Source of the DNA: Camelus ferus
Taxonomy: Eukaryota
DNA: 64,000 nt
Direction: 5' to 3'
NCBI RefSeq assembly: GCF_009834535.1
Contig: NC_045707.1
Span: 6,200,001-6,264,000 of the forward strand
A model generated the notes under the pieces. That model did no database searches. It was not told where the DNA came from and worked only from the letters and a program-made list of their open reading frames with translations. The position numbers were made by a program, and so were the translations under genes. Positions 13,401-26,495 of the stretch are shown here, one piece after another. How positions within the stretch are numbered: position 1 is the first letter of the stretch; every line of letters starts with the position of its first letter.

Positions 13401-13458
13401 CAAGAAGACTAAACTGAGCCCCAACGTTGATACGGAGGCCAGCGGCAAAGCTGCACTC

Positions 13459-13694
13459 TGCATTCTGGGAATCGTAGTCTTCAGAAACCTCACGCTCAGG
13501 TTGGAGGCAGTGACCTACTTTCTCCGCACACTACACTTCCCAGCGTACTTCGCGAAGACTCAGCCGGCGAACTACGCATGCCTGGTAAAGGGAGCTGGCC
13601 GAGGGTCGGAGAACGAAGGAAAAGTTTCCGATGCACATGCGCGCTGTGGCCGACGGGCGCCCCCCGCCCCCCAGCCTAATACATTTTATATAAA
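13459..13694. promoter_or_regulatory. Intronic promoter-like cassette: two ZNF143/SBS motifs, NRF1-like site, GC box, TATA
   Basis: ACTACGATTCCCAGAATGCA (-, 13459-13478), ACTACACTTCCCAGCGTAC (+, 13530-13548), TGCACATGCGCG (13632-13643), CCCCGCCCC (13662-13670), TATATAAA (+, 13687-13694); locally CpG-rich. Confidence 0.55.
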
Positions 13695-15249
13695 TTCTAC
13701 CCATAAGGCCTACTCCCCTTATTGTATCGCCCCACTGTATCTGTGTCTCGGCTTCTCGAGAAACTGAACTTTTTTCCCCCTCCCTTTTCACCGCCTCCCA
13801 TGACTGCTGAATTAAGGATCAGCTTCTAATAGTTTTTTCTGGGTGAAGTCGGTAGGCTGGGATAGATAGGGTCACATCACGCCCCCGCCCCCGCCCCCTG
13901 CCACTTAATCTGTATTCCTTGGGCTGGGTGGTTTCCCTCTGGAGTTGCTGTAGGGACGGTGGATTCAAAGAGAAAAGAGCGTTTTCACTTAATGCCCAGT
14001 GGGCTCGTCTCCCTCACAGCCAGGAAAGAAAAGGCAGGAATTAAACCGAGTTCTCCCGTTCTCTCCCCTAAGGAAATTCCGAGTTTTAAGCTGCGGGGAG
14101 GCGCCGAGCGCGGACAATCAGAAGGCCCGACGCCAGCAGGGCCCTAGCCTCACCCCTCTTCTAATCCAAGTCCAAGTAACCAGACCCAGCTAAGGAAATG
14201 GAAAAGGTTCCTGGGCAGAGAAGGAAAAACTACATCTGACACCTGAACAACATCTTCTAATACTTAAAATTGTTTGTGAGTCTCCTCCCACTGCAAGGCC
14301 TGCTCTACGACCAGACTTACCAGATCCTCAGCAAAGCTCCCCTGCAGGGTGTTAAACCTCCCTAATCCTTCCTCCCACACAAGCTTATTTTCCCCTCCGC
14401 TTAAGAGGAGGGATGGGGGCAGGCACCCAAGAAAGCAATAGGGGTGTTTTTCTCCTGGAAAATCAAAGATGAGGGACCCATTTCCAGGGTGCAGTAGGTA
14501 GGAAAGAAGAAAGGTTAGATACTGAGCAGACAACTGGGACCCCTCGGCTAGGCCCCAAGTTTAAGCCTGCTGTGTGGGGTTCTAGTTCCTCTAGGGGTGG
14601 GAAAGGGCAGCCAACTGCCCCTCCTCTCTGCTCCCTCCTTCCCCTCCCTTTATAGTCAAGGGCACAGTCTATCCTTTGGAGGGGAAGGAGCTAGGAGTAG
14701 GGTGTTTCCTAGGCACCTCACCGGGATGAACCAGAATCCATTGATACTGCTGTAAGGGTACATTTTTCCGTCCAGTTTTCCCTTAAAACACTAAAGAGGA
14801 TAAAAAGCTGAAGCCAAAATGGTGAATTCTGGCTCAGCGGCCAGAGGAGAGTCACCACTGACCGGTCCAAAAGAGGGGTGTCCATCCCTCAGGCTCCAGA
14901 AGGCCAGAAATAAACCCTATTAATTATTATCACCCCCTTCCCCAGACACGGAAAAAGAGGCAGAAAAACAAGGCCTGGATCCCTTTCCTTCCTCTGATTT
15001 ATTTAATGGTTGTGGGAATTATGTTTTCGGGGAGAACAAGGAAAATCTAGCGACTCTCTAGAATATGAAGAACTGAGGAAGGCGGAGAAAGGAGGAAATG
15101 CACCCCACCCAGGAGGAGGCCACACTTGGAACAGGGAGAGTAGGGAGCTCCGGGATACCCCAGGATGAGAGCGAACGTGAAGGAAAGTGGGGCACAGGGG
15201 AAAAGAGGGGTTCCAGTGGGGAAGTGGAAAGGGAAATGTTGGCCAGGTG

Positions 15250-17350
15250 TAAGGGAGGAGGGTGCGACACCAACGTGGAGCGTCCAGTAAAGCGAAGAGC
15301 GGGAGTGGGGCAGGGGTGGAGGGAGGCGTCCGGCCTATCGGGTCTCGGGGGCCCCCGCCCGCACTCCCCCCACTCACTCACTCGGGTCTCTGCCGCGGCG
15401 GGGCGATGTGCGGGCTGCGGGGCGGCTTCTCCCTCCAGGGTGGTCCTGCGCGCGGGGCCGAGGTCGCTCTCCCTTCCTGGGCGCCGCCGGGCCGGGGGCC
15501 GATGTGTTCTTTTCTTCTTTGAGGGTTGGGAAGCGAGTGAGGGGACTATAGTCTGTGACTCTCAATAACAATTCTTTCAGCTTTCTGGAGGTCGGCCTCG
15601 GCCTTGGGGCGGAAGGCGGGCGGGCAAGCGGGCCGGCCGGCCGGCCGGCGGGCGGCGACGGCGCGGGGATGGCGAACCGGAGGGTGGCTCGTATCGCAGG
15701 GCGGAGGACGGTCCGGGCTGTGGCCGGCGGAAGGTCTTGCCCTTCTGGCGCCGCGTCGCCCGAGCCACTCGCTTCTTTCCGCCGACGACCTGCNNNNNNN
15801 NNNNNNNNNNNNNNNNNNNNNNNNNNNNNNNNNNNNNNNNNNNNNNNNNNNNNNNNNNNNNNNNNNNNNNNNNNNNNNNNNNNNNNNNNNNNNNNNNNNN
15901 NNNNNNNNNNNNNNNNNNNNNNNNNNNNNNNNNGACTACTTCCCAGCTGGCAGGCGGCTTAACCCCTCGAGGCGTGTGGACCGCTGCTCCGACTGGAACC
16001 CTGGGGCGTCCGGCGACCCCCTCGCCCCACCCTCCGATGCGTGGCCCTTTTCTTCATTCATATCTCGACTCAAACGTCAGCAAGGCTGCCTTCGGCCTGT
16101 GTAACGCGGTTTGCCTCCCCTCCCCATCATGACGCCGCACTGTAGTTATTTTCTTCATGCCTCAAACCACTCAAATCGTGCTTGTCGTGTGAGGTGTTTC
16201 CCTAGCTAGACAGCAAGCTCGGGAGGGCAGGGGGCCGGCCTGGAACCAGGTTGCTCACTTTAGATGTGTTGAATGAATGGGGGTCGCGGGGAAGGGATCT
16301 TCCCCGCTGTATCTTCGGCCCTGCACCAGCCCGGGCGCCGACGGTTCGTACGTTCGCCTGAACCGTCCCCTCAGGCCACCACGGCGAGTCCCTCCAGCTC
16401 TGGGCGGCTGCCCGTCTGACCTTCCCCGCGGCGCTCGCACCACCCCAGTTAAGGTCTCTTTGCGGTTTGGGGAGCTGAAGGGGACGGCTGGAGCTCTAGA
16501 AAGATTTCGGGTTGGCCCGAATCTTCTGAGCGCCTCGTGCCTCGACGGGGGACGCTTAACGGTGAAGGGAAGGCGAGTGGGAAACCAGGGCCTGGGCATG
16601 CAGAGCAGGAGGAAGAGGGGGCGAAGGGAGGCAAGACGGCCAGGAAAAGGAGCTGAGTGGCACATTAACCTTCCACTTGCCGCCTCTGGCGCCCGTTGAC
16701 CTTAGCAGGGAGAAGGGCTAGCGCCGGCTCTGCGCAGGCGCGCGAGAGCGTTCCGCCCCCCGCTGCCGGGCGGGGCTCACCGCCTCAGCCCTTCAGCAAC
16801 GTTCTCCCCAGTGGGCGACCCCCGTCAGGGGGCCTGGAGAGCCACAATTCTTCTAGTGTAATAGCCCCCACCAGCGGTGGTGGCGCCTGCCCGTGCCAGA
16901 GGCGCCGGGCTCGCCCATCCGAAGGTCCCTGGGGCGTCGGACTCAGTTTCGCCGAACCCAGGACTCAGCGGGCCAGACCCGCGTGCTCGGGCCCCCTGCC
17001 TGGGCTCTGGCTACGCGGGCTACTCGGCCACTTTGTGACCGTGCGGGGCGCGGAGTTGGGAGCAGGGAGGCCTGTGGGCAGTGAGGTAGTGAAGCCCGAG
17101 GCCGCTGGGAGCTGGCACCTGACGTGTTCTTCCCATCCCTCCTTTAATCGCTCATTCCCCAGCTCTCTCCCAGCCCCCGACCTTTATTCTCATTCCAGAC
17201 ACTTCCAGCCCAACGGCAGGCGACGAACCCACGTGGGGTGGCGAGATCCGAAAGTTTCCAGCTATGAACGGTTTGCAGTTTTTTTTTTTTCCTTGATTAC
17301 TTTTTTTGGCAAGGACGGAAAGCATTGGTAGCGTGGGGGTGCGCTTTCCT
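15250..17350. promoter_or_regulatory. CpG island / TOB2 promoter region
   Basis: Very high GC and CpG density by eye, multiple GC boxes and a (GGCC)n run at about 15631-15648; boundaries approximate. Confidence 0.8.
15382..15793 (-). other. TOB2: Probable TOB2 non-coding exon 1 (TSS likely in or near N-run 15794-15933)
   Basis: Lies in the CpG island, ends at a minus-strand GTGAGT donor (15381), and has no minus-strand ATG in the 412 visible nt. The 5' boundary cannot be seen. Confidence 0.5.
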
Positions 17351-19284
17351 TGACTGCAGCCGAGAAACGCTGGACTGGAGGGCAAACTCCAAGGGGACAG
17401 GAAAGGGGAGGGAGCCTGAGCCCGGGAGCTCCCACCCCCCACACTGAGCGCTTCAGCCCCTGGGGCACCTCCAAGGACTACTTGCTTGTGCGTCAGCGAG
17501 TGGCACAGCGTCACATACACGCCCCTCCGCCTTGCCCACTCCACCCCTCCCCTTCTTTTTCTACTTCTCTACCTCCCTCCCTTCCCCTCCCCGCTCCTCC
17601 CCTCCTGGCGCGACTCTCTGGGTTCCAGAGCATTGAAGGGCTAAAAATATAACTGGCATGTTAGCAACAGCCTTCCCATTGGTCGGGTACGGGGAGGAGA
17701 GGCACCTGATTGGGTGTTCGATCCTACCGCTAGAAGACTGGGAAAGGGGGCTGAGAACCAAGAAGCTGGGAGAGTGCGTTTGCGCAGTGGGGCATTGCAA
17801 GGGATGCTGGTATTTATAGTCATTTATTAGAGGCAGCCATGGAAAAACGAGTTTGAATCCCAGTTCCGCCACCAACCGTTATCTTGACTTAATGGCAACA
17901 AACCTCTCTACATCATCGAACGTATTTTCTCATCCTTAAAATGGAGATCGCATGGGAATTAAGTATGATACTGTACGTAAAGCGTGGCTCAAATAGTTGC
18001 TATTTTTAATTTAAAGGTAACTGTTTTGGCCAAATTGCACCCTACATGTACTGTGCTCAGTTAAGTTTGTATTCCCCAGTAGGAATCCTTCCAAGACAGA
18101 ATGAGAAAGATGAGGATTAGATGAAACGAATTCTTCTAGGGTATCACAGGAAGGAGGGATGGAGCCCATGTAAGCAGATAAAGGGTAGACGTCTCCTACC
18201 ATTCATTGCAGGCTGAGAGAGGGCAGACTGAATCCCTAGAAGGAAGCATTGAATTCTACGTGCTCCTGCATTTATTCGAATTTCTGCAGTGCTGGGAACA
18301 CACCAGCCTTGAGCAGTATCATTGAAACGAAACTGAGAAATCCAGCCTCCTTGGCAAATGAGAGCCTTGGGTAAAGGGTTAGTGTATAAATTGGGAGACA
18401 AATAGAGGGAAAAACGGTAATCACCATTCTTAACTGCTGATGTCTCCATTTATCATGCGGTAAGGTGAACGTTCTCTCTTCCCTAACGCGTGATTTCACC
18501 TTGCTAGGGCTTAATTGTGAGCTGAATTCCTACTTAAGCATTCGAGTCCCCTCCCATTTTAAATAATCACACCTTGAAAGGCACATACTGTTTTCAAAGT
18601 GGTGAGCTCTAGAAGTAAGCATGTGCACAGCCGGGAGGGTGGAGGCAGGGAGGTGTCTGAGAGTAAGCTTGTTGTGCCGGATGTTTTGTTGTGACAAGTC
18701 AGGCTGGTCATAATTAGCCCTAATTTACTCTTGGGGGGTGAGTCACTCTCTCATACACACGTTAGGGTGAAAATTTTTGTAGTTTCTTTTAAGTTACCCA
18801 AGAAAATATTTCCTCAATTTGATTCTTCAGATCCACTGCTCCAACTAGGCAGGAGCAAAGACAGCCACAACAGAAATTGGCTTTGGAGAGGAGTGATTGG
18901 ATGCTGAGGGCAAATGATTTGCTACTTATTGACCTCGACTGCTGTGAGTGAATTCTAGTAAACAAGGTGAGTGAACAAACCTGTCTTTTGAAGAGACGCT
19001 AAAACTGCAGTGTTCAAAGAAAGTGACATTTTAGTCTTGGTGGCAGGGAGGCCACTTTGGGATAAAGTTGATAAGGAACTGAATGACTGGGAAAAGATGG
19101 AAACTGGAGTCTTTTTTTTTTTTTTTTTTTTTTCAAGAAGGAAAATTCCAACCGAGGCAAAGAGTCTGTCACCTTTATGTCCTAGCTTAAAATTGTTAAA
19201 GAGCTTTTCAGGTCAGAATATACAATCTCTCTGAAATTTAGTCAGTTCAGTTTGATTTCCTGGGAAGTTAATTTTCTTAATTTA

Positions 19285-19660
19285 GAAGCTGCTAATTGGC
19301 AGGCCAAGGTCCACATTTGGTGGATGTATTGCTTTAGCATATTAACATTTTAAAAATGAGTTGAACACTTAAAAATCGGGAGATTGCAGAAAAATATTTT
19401 AATTTACCGCTTGTCCTAAATTCAGATCTGGTAACACTGGGCATTCAAGCTGGCAATTGTCTGGAGTTGAATAGCAACTGTATCCTTTAGACAGAGCCTG
19501 TGCACTCTGGTTCCAGGGTCTCTACCACTCCCTGTTGTTCCCCAGACACTGAGGCTGAAGGCCACATACCATTTATTATCATGTTTGGGCTGTTCTTCTT
19601 ACATGCCTCCCTTTCAGTCACTTATATTACTCACCCAGACTCCTGAATTTGTGACCCTCT
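19285..19660 (+). mobile_element. hAT-Charlie DNA transposon relic (MER102-like)
   Basis: ttaaaaatcgggagatt...gatctggtaacactggg...ctggagttgaatagcaactg...ccactccctgttg...gaatttgtgaccc. Confidence 0.7.
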
Positions 19661-22099
19661 TTTCAGTTCAATGTAGTTGAGTGGCTATTGTGTGCCCTGC
19701 AGTGGAGGGTAAGGTAAAAGGAGCTCAAGAGTCTTATAATTTAGTTCATTGTTTTTAAACTTGGAGTCATGATCCATTAATGTGGTCATAAAATCACCTG
19801 GTTTAATGGATTACAGCCAGAAACTTTTAGAACAGAAAATATTGAAAATACTGGAAAATACTGTACACACAGTAAATTTTAGTTTCTGTTACACATATGT
19901 ATCAAGCATGAAAGTAGTCCAAGTGAGATTGTTGTGGGGTACGGTGCATCCGGAAGCATTCATGACATGTCAGGAGCTTAGAAGGAAAAGGTACAGAGTT
20001 GGCTGTCTGATGTGAAGGTGGAATGGTATTTCAAACAAAGGAAACATAGGGCCAAGAAGATGGGGTGTGTGTACTTTGAACTGCGTGGTGAAGAGCACGG
20101 AGAGAAGTGAGTACAGGGAAACCTGAGGGGCAGGGAAAAGAGGAAACCATATGGAGACCTTCAATGCTAGGACTTAAATGTTTGTTTATGAAGTAGGGAC
20201 CCACTGTAAAAGAACTATCATTTGTGATGTAAAGCCTTCCCAGGGAGGGCCAGGCACTTACAAGGTCAAATTTAATTCTTACAACCCAAAGAAGTAGACA
20301 TAAATAAATATCCTTATTTAATAGATTAGAAAAAAGAAGCACCAAGAGCCTCACTAAAGATCAATAGCAGAGCAGAATTCAAATACAGGACTAACTATGA
20401 AGCCCACACATTTCTCATTAAACTTTTTTTTTTGAGCAAGAGCCCATGTAATAAATACAATGTTTAAAGGAGATTAAATTTCTGTATGTTATTCAAAGAG
20501 TACTCGAGAAGCTGGAAGCAAGACACCCAACCTTTTTAGATCCTAGAAGGAATGTATCAAACACTGAATACTTAATAAATATTAATAATCATAAACCCGG
20601 GAAAGGGAACCACCTTCTTAGCCTATGATGAGTTCAATTATTTCAGCTAGGCCTGTATGATAAGTAGTGCTTATTTCAACAGTAGAGAAAAACAGTAATT
20701 TTTAAGACCATTCTGATTTTTTTTTGTGGCCATATGCAGATGGTGAGATCATTATCTTAATTCTTTTCACAGAACTATATACTATTAGAGGCTAAAATTC
20801 AGCTTATAAGTGATGTTTTCCCAACAGAATTTGGTACTATCATTATTCTAATTTTTAAAACTGAAAAGGACTTATTCTAAAGTCCAAGGTAGACAATACT
20901 AAAGATTTGAACTGGAAATCCATTTGCTTTATCTAAGGTGTTCTTAACTCATTCATTGTATTATATCATTCTCTTTGCCTCTGAAAGCATACAAACCAAG
21001 AATGGAATCATGAAACTAGGTGTCAGAGGAAAGTTCAGCAGAATTCACTGGGCTGAGGTTGAACTTGCCCCTTGGCTGATCTGTCTGGAAGTCCTGTTAG
21101 GCATTAATTTTAAGCTCCCTTGGATGACCTTTTAGAGGCATATACACTGAGGCTCACAGAACACAGTTAAGGTGGTGGTTTGCTGAAACTAAGGAGTTCA
21201 CTTTTGAAACACTTGTAGACATAAGATGTTATGTGGACCAGGGTGGTTAATAAGCAAATCTTAAAAATTGATTTGCGCAGCAAAGCATTTTGACTTATAT
21301 TACACATTAAAACTAAAGTTACTATTAAGTCAATGACAGATTCTGATTACAACCTGAAAATTATCTGGTCGCTGCCAACTTTTATGATATACCATAACCC
21401 CTACCTGATACTTTAGAACTGCTCAGAGGTCCCTAAACACATCACCCCATTCAAACTGTTTCCCCAACACAAATTTCCTTTTCTGCCTACCCTATCCCCT
21501 TTGCCTGTAGGTTCCAGTATATTCTTTAAAGCTCAGTTTATTGTCTGGTTTCTAAGACTTCAATTATTCATTCAGTACTGAGCACCTGTTATCTGCTGGG
21601 CAGAACAGACTTGTTTCCTGCCATCATGGAACACAGCCTAGCAGATGACAAGTCAATAATTACCAAATGCTATAAAAGAAATGCTCATGGTGCTATGTGG
21701 GAGTATAACAAGAGGAATGTAGATTGGGGGTCAGGAGAGGCATCTTTAAAGAAATACTTAGCTAAGGTCTGAAGGATGAGCAGGGGTTATCTAAGCAAAA
21801 GGGGAGCAGAGCTTTAGAGGTTAAAAAAAGTTAAAAAACTCCCCTTGCCTTAATATGAGTATGCACTTTATGTAATAAATCAACCAAGTTCAGTTCTCAT
21901 TTGAATACATTTTGCATCATTTTCCTTCACCATTATTGGAAGCCACCTCTTCAGTTCAAAATTAAAGTTGGACAGGAAGGAAAAAACATCAAGTTTCTAA
22001 AAAGGACTTTGGTTTACCTAGCATAAAAGGCACATGTGGATTTGAATTCCTTCCAGCAGTAATAAGAGAACAGCATGGTTAATAAATCCCAATACCTCT

Positions 22100-22215
22100 G
22101 GTGGGAAAGAGTATGGCCCAGTGGTAGAGCACATGCCTAACATGCACGTGGTCCTGGGTTCAATCCCCAGTACCTCCATTAAAAACTAAACCTACCTACC
22201 TCCCCCGCCAAAACG
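22100..22215 (+). mobile_element. tRNA-Ala-derived SINE, long-tail type
   Basis: A/B-box body ...cagtggtagagcacatgcctaacatgcacgtggtcctgggttcaatccccagtacctcc, tail aaacctacctacctcccc; perfect 15-nt TSD aatcccaatacctct (22085-22099, 22216-22230). Confidence 0.92.
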
Positions 22216-22319
22216 AATCCCAATACCTCTACTTTGAATCACAAATTCCTGGGTGACTAAAATAAACTCCTAGAGTTAAACTTACATTGGGACAGGACCA
22301 ACTACCGGAAAACAAACAC

Positions 22320-22325
22320 TTTATT
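22320..22325 (-). terminator. PHF5A: PHF5A polyadenylation signal (distal); a second AATAAA at 22415-22420
   Basis: AATAAA on the minus strand about 520 nt after the stop, followed by GU-rich gtgtttgttttcc. Confidence 0.65.
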
Positions 22326-22844
22326 GATACAATAGCAACAGAAAAGGTTTTCAATTACATAGAAGAAAAAACATGAACCAGCACCACCCGGCGTTACAAG
22401 AAGAAATGCCCATGTTTATTGCTCTGAGACCCCCACCATTCTGCGGATGTTTCATCAAGGACCGCTGCCATCAGGGCGCTGCAGGGACATGCTTCTCGCT
22501 GCAGACAGCTTCACAGCTTCTCACACAGAAGACTGCAGTGGTATTAGTCCTGTTTGGAAGCTTCTCCATGTGGATTAACACGGCCTTGCTTCTTGAATTT
22601 AAGAAATACCATGAACTAATCTATCAATTTTTCTGATTCAGTCTGCCACAGTGCTCTGTGAAGAATCTTTTCCCCACTCCTACCACATCTGGGTGAGGGG
22701 AGAGGGAAGGGTGGTAAGGTGCCAGAGTACTAATAGGCAATTCAGGTGATGCTCGGTGCTCCACTCCCCTTCTGCTGGCAGTAGTAGGCATCTTTTCTGG
22801 CAGCTGCAGCAGCTTGACACGGGGAGGAAGAGGCAGCCCACCAA

Positions 22845-22934
22845 TCACCTCTTCTTGAAGCCGTATTTTTTGCGTTCATAGAAGAGATCTGTCTTAGAGC
22901 TCCCCAAATTGACAATCTTTGGGCAACCATCTCT
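22845..22934 (-). CDS. PHF5A: PHF5A exon 4 coding part
   Basis: ttctgttttccAG|AGA GAT GGT..., encoding [32 protein letters not shown] (stop 22847-22845). Confidence 0.97.
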
Positions 22935-24486
22935 CTGGAAAACAGAATAGTGAAGCTATTAAAAGTCTCTGAGCCTGAATTGAGAGGGATTTAAGAGTTG
23001 TTTTAAAAAAACAACTTCTGGATTAACAGTTTAGCCATTCATCTTAGCCGTTCAGTTACTGTATTCAATCAATCAAGAACTTGACTAAGTACCTAGAATG
23101 TGCCCAGGGCCTGTCCAGAGGTCTACACTGAGAATGCTGGATTCTTAGCTCACTTCTGTTGCTAATATGATACAGCTGAGGTAGAATCTAAAACTCTTTT
23201 AAGATGTCCCAAGGGTTTTCTCCAAAGAAGAGGTAAGAAGTGGTAATAATCACCTACAGGTTAAGCTTTCTAGCTCTTTCACTATCCCAAGACAGAAAAC
23301 ACTAAAGACTTTAGGAAATAGTACCTTACATTTTAAATACCATAGGAGAATACTGGGTTTGAGTGTCTTAGTAACTCACTTAATTTGACATGTGGTCTTG
23401 GGAGAAGAGTGCTCCCGTGCTGGAGGTTGCTGTTGACAGTCCTCACTCTGATCTGTAGTGACATGTTCCCCTGGCCATTTTGTGAGCATGAGTGGTTTCA
23501 GTGAAGCCCCAGGGAAGCTGTGTGCTGCAGGAATGATGACTCCATCGGTTGATCTGGTATGATGGGAAGAAAACTAGGGGAACTACTACTGGGAGAAACC
23601 TTGCCAGATCTGATTTTATTAAACACCATGTCAAAGGTATTTGCTTCCCGTGATATTGGGCTATAGAATGAATGAATGAATGAAGTCCTTAGACAGCTTA
23701 TTTTTTAATTCAGCTGATTTCTCTCTCTGGGGACTGATATCAACACTACAAAAATCTCTGAAAACACACAAAAGCCAACAATATTTCATTATTTTCTAGA
23801 AAACATGTACCATGTACTACACCACCTGTGGAATTTGGTGTGCCAAGGGAGCCAGGCTGTGGTCCAGCCCCACCAATGGCTTGGTAGGTGAACTCAAGTA
23901 AGCCATGCAATCTGTACTGAATATCCTGGTACAATCTGGGAACAGTTGTGTCTCCTGGCCCAAGGTAGCCTGCTATTAAACAAGACAGTGCTCTATGCCC
24001 TTTTAGGGATGCTATGAAATTTTACAGTATGATGACAGCCTGTTTAGGCTTATTATGCCTTACTGACTTGTGCAACTGTTGGCAACCCACTTCTCTCTGG
24101 ATTCGTATCCTCCAACTGTAAAATAAGGGGACTGGATCAGGTCAGTGTTTACAAACTGTATTTGTAGAGCCCAAGAGAGTCCAGAGAGGTGGCAGGTGAC
24201 GTGATAGGATTCACCCCTCAATCTGTGCACGCTCTGGAGGTAGGCCGTCTGGATTCTGAGAAATTATTAACCTCCTTGTATCTTTTTCTAGTCACATATA
24301 AAATTACTACAATGGTAGAACCTACCTTACAGAATTAGGAGTCAATAAATAAATATACTTAGAGCAATGCCTGGCATATAGCCAGCCCTTAACAAATTAT
24401 AATTGCCAAAAATTAGTATCAGCAATTTCATAATGATTCAACCTAACACACAGACACACAAAGAGCTTCTGTGTAAGATACTTTTT

Positions 24487-24579
24487 AATTTTTTTTAAAT
24501 AATGGAGGTACTGGGATTGAAACTGGGACCTTGTACATGCTAAGTGTGCACTCTTAACACTGAGCTACATCCTCCCCCC
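24487..24579 (-). mobile_element. tRNA-Ala-derived SINE, short-tail type
   Basis: Reverse-complement SINE body; perfect 16-nt TSD gtgtaagatacttttt (24471-24486, 24580-24595). Confidence 0.92.
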
Positions 24580-26309
24580 GTGTAAGATACTTTTTGAAGA
24601 CACAACTCTACATATTAAAAAAAAAAAAGTTGAAAGAAAAAATTGGAAAACCAAAGTAGTGGATTATTAGCTCTAAGGCTTTTGTCGCATTTTCTCTCAC
24701 TGACTTTTAAATTTCCTGTTTTCTTGCCTAAACTCCCATTTTTTATTTTCTACATATCTCCCATGGGTCTCGTGGTTGTTCCCAAATTCTACCAATGCTG
24801 TGGGAAGTGAGTATCTGTGCACTGGGACTGGTTGGCTTTTGTTGAATATGCCTGTAAATGGAGAGCATGAAAGGAAGATGGAAGGATTGTTAAGAAAACT
24901 TGAAGGCTGGTACTGGAGAATATTTGTGAGTTAAGAGTACGTATAAAAACACCTGCAGATGTCTGCCTGATGGTAGTAGCTCTTTTAGCAACTGTATGCC
25001 TAAATACTAAAAATTTCATCCTTTTCCAGTCCTCCCAGAGAACCACAGATTTCCCCTTTCCTAGCACAGGGAGCTTTTATTTTAGACAACTATGGCTTGA
25101 ATTGAATGTCCATGTTTTATAGCCACTTAATTTCTAAAATTTCAGGAAATAGTAGACATTAGAATGCCAAGTGCTTGTTTTTAATACACTAAACATGTCC
25201 ATGAAAACACTCTCAGGAGAAGCCTAAGCTGGGCTCCTGTAGCAACCACCAAGAACTCATTGAGTACGGGTTTTCTTCCTGACTGAGGAGGGCTGTATGT
25301 CAAGTCCATTTCTATGGCACAAAAAAAGCAGGCTACAAAAATTAACCCTGGATGAGTGAAGAAAATCCAGGATTTTCAAGTAATACTTTAAAACCAACAC
25401 TAATCATGTGTCAAAATATAACATACCAAAAGGAAATCTGTACAGAGCCAGAATGCAAGAAAAAGCAATTTAAAAATCTTGGTATCAGAAAAACACTTAT
25501 TACCAAAAATGGGCCCACATCTCCATTTCTTGCATATGGTAGCAAAGAATTATGAACAGGTGCCAGTGGCAAGACCTGCTTTATTAACAGAAACTAGGTA
25601 AAACATTGTTCATTCTTTCAGCAGCTGTTTAATGAATACCTACAATGTAAAAATCTGACTGTACACTGGTTTGGGGCCTTACAAGAGTATCACATTTTCT
25701 ACCTGAAACCTTATTTTTAAAGACCTTCAAGCTCTCAGTAAATGCATCCATGAGGTAACAGGGATTATTACTTCCTTTTTGTGGAAATTTCCCCAAAGCC
25801 ACACATAGCATGTTAGTAGCAAAGCCAAGACCCGAACTTGGGCTTTCTGCCTCTCAGTCTGCTGTTTTTTCTAACAGGACTCCCCAGAGGCGAGAATGAA
25901 AACTTTTCCATGGCTTAGGAAGTTATAGAGAATGGTAAATTTGTAAATTAACTTTGAAAAGTACAGAATATCTTTTGCATGTTTACCTAACTGCTCTGCT
26001 GTTCACTTAAATGGGGAGAAGAGAATGGTAGAAGTAGCAAGAGAGAGAGGCATATCTTTAAGCACTCTGAGCAAAGCAACACAGTAAAGAGGCTGGAGTA
26101 AGTGCTTTGAGTGAGACCCTGCATTCTCAAAAGGGATGCAAACATCTTGAATATTACAGTGGTTTGTGATCTGAAGCTCATCCTTAACCAACAAAATTTT
26201 ATTCCTTAGTATTTAATTCCTCTTATTAAGAAAATAGATTTTAATTTTTCTCCTTAGGGGGGACAAAAATGAAATAGGAAAAAAAGAAGAGAAAAGAAAA
26301 GGTTGAGAA

Positions 26310-26495
26310 ATAGTGAGTTAGGCAGACCTGGGTTCTAGTCCCGTATCTGCCACTTATTACCGTGTGACCTTGGGCTAAATTGCATAACACCTTTAAGCCT
26401 TCGTTTCCTCATCTGTTTCATATAGAACTTTCAGAAAAGAATGTTCTGCACAGTACATGACACATAGCAAGAGTTCTAAAAATATTAGCGGCTAT
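26310..26495 (+). mobile_element. MIR SINE
   Basis: gacctgggttctagtcccg...gtgtgaccttgggc...tttcctcatctgt. Confidence 0.75.

Noticed and set aside
13687-13775. Type-3 Pol III gene (Staf/ZNF143 sites, TATA, T6 at 13770-13775)
   Set aside because: No PSE-like sequence at the expected position (a GC box lies there instead) and no recognisable RNA fold; a Pol II promoter is more parsimonious.
16696-17331. 211-aa ORF and other long ORFs in the CpG islands (e.g. 15604..16104, 29340..29873)
   Set aside because: Non-ATG or weak starts, Arg/Pro/Gly-rich low-complexity translations and no family motifs; expected from stop-codon scarcity in GC-rich DNA.
23533-23613. C/D-box snoRNA-like segment (ATGATGA...CTGA)
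   Set aside because: It is antisense to the host PHF5A intron, has no convincing terminal stem, and I recognise no rRNA guide.
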